In this document: positions 60,332 through 64,000 of the stretch, piece by piece
How positions within the stretch are numbered: the stretch's first letter is position 1
Layout: every line of letters begins with the position of its first letter
Assembly: GCA_001949185.1 (NCBI GenBank)
Contig: BDGG01000002.1
Location: 7,306,448-7,370,447, forward strand
Origin: Ramazzottius varieornatus
Taxonomy: Eukaryota; Animalia; Tardigrada
Direction: 5' to 3'
Length of the DNA stretch: 64,000 nucleotides
The notes under the pieces: generated by a model
What the model was told of the DNA's origin: nothing
The model's input: only the letters and a program-made list of their open reading frames with translations
Databases searched by the model: none
Made by a program: the position numbers and the translations under genes

Positions 60332-60993
60332 CTACAGAGTAGAACCAGGACGAAGTCCCAAGTTGGTATTCCCGTTTATCGACAGTCGTTCATAATAATA
60401 CTTGCTCCGACCCAGGAGAACAAACCCCACGATAATCAGGATGATATCAGCACTAGCGAAAGCCAACATGGACTGGCCGATGGAATTATTCATCTTCTGT
60501 GCATTGCAATGCGGCATGTCGTCCAAGATGAAGGTTTTTGGCCACCGTGGTTGTTGACAGTCATCGAAAACCGAAGCTTCGGGGTCGTGGACGATGAAAC
60601 GGCATTTGAAGGCCATGTAAAAGACATCGATGGCGAGAACAACCAGGGAAAGTACCACTCCGTACTTGTGTAAGGTACGACTTGGGAACCTGGACTGGTA
60701 AATGTACGCCGAGCCGAGAAGGACAATTGGGGAACCTAACCACAGTCCGGGAAGGTGTTCGTCCTCAAACATGTACTGGTTTTGGAAGACAGCTGAGACG
60801 ATGGCGGCTACGAGAAACAACAACAACGCTGATTACTGCGTTACTTGGATAACTCATGGAACACGGAGGAAATCAGATACTTACATAACCCTTGGAGAAG
60901 AAGGATGATGACGCCGAAAGCAAGATGGAGACTTCCAAACCATTTCAGACGCTGTTCGGTTTTCGAAGAGAAATTGATATTATCGATCGCCAT
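60332..60993 (-). CDS. Four/five-TM membrane protein, MS4A/CD20-like
   Basis: MAIDNINFSSKTEQRLKWFGSLHLAFGVIILLLQGL|SLLLFLVAAIVS..PGLWLGSPIVLLGS..; hydrophobic segments and a Cys-containing extracellular loop. Confidence 0.6.
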
Positions 60994-61156
60994 GAGTACC
61001 AAATTTTGACGCGTCGAGCGTGACAGATTTATATTGATAGAAATCTAAAAATTCATACACCAGCACAGTGAAACCAAACTGTAAATATTGGTACTCCGAC
61101 CCATTACAGGGAATGTAATTACAGAGTGTAGAAAAAGCTGCGCGCGTGGAAAATGC

Positions 61157-64000
61157 TTAGTCTATGAACAACGTCGACAAGAATTCGCTGCCTTCTTTCT
61201 GATGGTCTCTGCTCTTTAGTATCTCGATGATGTCCGCTAAAATTCCTTCATCTGAAATCGTAAAGATAAGCTTGAGCAAGACCATACAGAAGCGATATTC
61301 CATCAACACAGCGTCTTGTGTTTATCGCTAGTAATAAATGCGCTTACCCATGAGTTTTGGGTGGAGCATCGGTAGAGTCACTTCTTTCAGTCCGGCAAAG
61401 TTCTTGGTCTGTTCTCCTCGTAAACCAGGCAGCTTGTTCAAAGGCAGGAAGGCCTCTCCGGCGACCTCATTTTGAAACATCACATCGTGATCCATCAAGG
61501 CAAAGTATATCACGCTGCTTTCTTTCGTGCACTTATCAACCGGTATTTCACTGAAGAAAGACGGCAAAACTCAACACTAAGTAGAACCGAAGAATTAGTC
61601 TTTCGATAAGCATTGATTCGATACTGACAACTCGAACCGCTCCTCGAATTGCGGATCCAAGGACTTTTTCACGACAGCCGTTTTTCCGGTGAGAGTGTTG
61701 GGAAACGTACGAGCAGGCAAAAACCGGATAACGACGAAAGGATCACTGAAACCTGTACCCCCAAGGATAACCCGAGACAACAGTCAAGCTCGCGTCTTGA
61801 CGGCCAATACTTTAAAAAAATAGGAAAGACGTACCGTTTGTATCCATTGGAATGACATCCCGAGCGTGGAGAACTATAAGGACATAAATGAATCATGGAT
61901 GATCACTTTCTGCCTCAACAGTACTTCTATGCTGTACCTTCTACAACAAGCGTGCCGGTCTTTCGGTCGTAATGAGACCTGATAGTTAGGGTACCATAGG
62001 GCGTAGCCGTCATTGTGGAATGCATATTGACGACCTCAACAAGGAAGGTATCGATCAGCTCTTGAGTACTCAGCTGATAACAAAACATTTTCCTCTTGAC
62101 GCTCTGTGAAAATTATTGAATCGAAATACCCTTTAAAGCCACACCAAACGGAACCACCGTAGAGTAACATAGTAGTACCTGATAGCGTTCTCCCTCGATT
62201 ACTTCGCGCGGTAGTCCTCTGTCTCCGGCTTTGAAGTACTCGATGAAGGTACCGAAGCTTTGGTAAATATTCAGAAAGTTCATGGCTTCTTTCTGGAAAG
62301 CAAAACCAATGGCTCAATTAAGCAACCAGGTAGGAGATACGAAAAACCTACGGATTTGCTGTTGATCGTGGCGGCCGTGATCTGATCTAGTATATGTAGC
62401 CACAAAAGTTCCAAGAAGCGCAGGAAATTTGCTTTGAGGAGCGGTCCGTACAAACTGTCGATCGGTACGTCCATCAGCTCCAAAAGAGGTTTCGTGTAGG
62501 TCTCGGCTTCAGCGGAGGGATCGTTAACCAGTTTAGAGATATAACCAGCAGTTCCATTGTTCATCTGCAGAGAACCTCTGTAAAGAAAGGGTAACAGGTA
62601 ACCAGACTTGAAATATTACCTTCTTCACCAGCTTATCCAGCGACTCGACAATCCGGTCGTTCAGCATCTTCTCCCCATTGGCAAGCGACTGTACAAAGAT
62701 GGCTTCGCAGTCTGTCCCGAATTTGGTGAGGACCGGGTCTCCCGAGTCGATGAAATACTGTGTCCGCTCAAAGTAACGCACTGTCGTTGGCAGAGTTTGA
62801 AGGTGAGTCCTCATAGTTTCAAGATTGTTCACACAGACGCAAAGCTGGGGGATATATCATAATGAATCTGTATGGCATAGCTATTTATCATCTTACACAC
62901 CAGCGGGACCAAGTTTCGCCAAATATGAGCTTACGTCATCATTGATTTCTAACATTTCATGTTCCGCCCATCCACAATCTTTGAGAGCTCGATAAGTAGC
63001 CTCGGAGAAGTAAGCCGCGATCTCGGCCACATCCTACAATAAAGAGAGATCGTAATTATACAGGGCAGCGTACGGCGAACCCACCTCGAGAATTGCCATT
63101 CACGCTAAGACGACTTACGTTTATCAGCTTGCATTTGAGCATACATCTTTGCGTTCCGCTTGGCCATTTCAGCTCGACAACAAACCGGACGAACGAGTCC
63201 AGGCAGGCATTAGCCTCCACCACCGAAGTACTGTACCGGAATTTTGATTCTCCACGAGAAACCTGTACGAAAGGGTGTCAGTTTTCCTTCATAAGGCGCG
63301 AACACTTACCAACAATTGTGCCGGTATGCGTTTTACAGTCAAATTTTCACCTTCTGCAAGTAAAAAAAACAAGAAAAAAAGGGGGTCACATTACGGCGCC
63401 AGAAGTACCACGTTTTACTTTGCTCAGTAACCGATACACTACCTTGTCATTCTCGACCCATCCTTTTATTTTCCGCTTCGCCGCCACCTTTGCATAGGAG
63501 AACCATTGTAGAACGAAGGGGATGAATCGCTCATGAACGGTGAATATAGACAGATTCTTTTGTTCTCTGCAAAACGAACTTTTTTCGGCAAGGCATCACG
63601 AGAACAGTCGAAACTCTTGGAATTAGCGTCTATTCTCACGATTCCGTCAGGTGGCGCGACAGATGGCGGAAGTCGTTCAGCGAGTAGTAAAGAAGAAAGA
63701 CTTCAACACGTGGCTCCTCCCTTCCCGGCGCCGTGAAGAAGTCGTCCTTCAGTACCGCATAGGGATCAAGATCGTCCAAGATCTTTGCTATTTCCGGAGA
63801 CGGCTGAAAGAAAGTTAGTCAAAGGATCATGCAAGAAAGAGTAAAATTGTAGAAAGTTGGTTCATTGATAACATGTTCGATAACAACACAGATGACCGTT
63901 TGACCAATTCGATAGGGCTTACCCTTAATACAGGATAAAGCTCCAGATCTTCCATGATCAATCGATCCAATTCCCGCATGGTCAACGAAAAATAGTCCAG
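61157..64000 (-). CDS. BAIAP3/Munc13-4 (UNC13D)-family protein, 3' part (MUN domain + C2B); continues beyond the window
   Basis: LCVCVNNLETMR, KPLLELMD..LYGPLLKANFLRFLELLW; C2B DVIPMDTN|GFSDPFVVIRFLP..KTAVVKKSLDPQFEERFE, FALMDHDVMFQNEVAGEAFLPL; stop at 61157. Confidence 0.85.

Noticed and set aside
1-64000. Bacterial-type systems, horizontally acquired intronless genes, tRNA/rRNA
   Set aside because: All recognisable genes are intron-containing metazoan types, and no tRNA or rRNA signatures were seen by eye.

Overview
Gene-dense eukaryotic DNA with short GT-AG introns. It is most likely from a eutardigrade, inferred from a SAHS-like gene and the compact gene layout. Conserved genes in order: THOC3 (5'-truncated), PPIL1, an orphan coiled-coil gene, RABGAP1, FRA10AC1, POLR3B, MRPL44, an SLC20/PiT phosphate transporter, WDR11, GBF1, a catalytically dead secreted serine-protease homolog, an ankyrin-repeat protein, a secreted two-Kazal protein, a RUN-domain protein, an MS4A-like membrane protein and a BAIAP3/Munc13-4-type gene (5'-truncated). 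The main finding is a 10-exon, 446-aa secreted protein at 13342-15468 (-), which the ORF track shows only as fragments. It consists of three tandem SAHS/FABP-like beta-barrel domains with repeated intron positions. Also present: two near-identical 529-bp TTAA-flanked piggyBac-type MITEs, a hAT remnant, decayed F-box and BTB-BACK genes, and two families of small fixed-spacing palindromic elements that lie almost entirely in introns. No tRNA, rRNA or CRISPR array was seen. Gene models were spliced by eye and homologies come from remembered sequences, not database searches.
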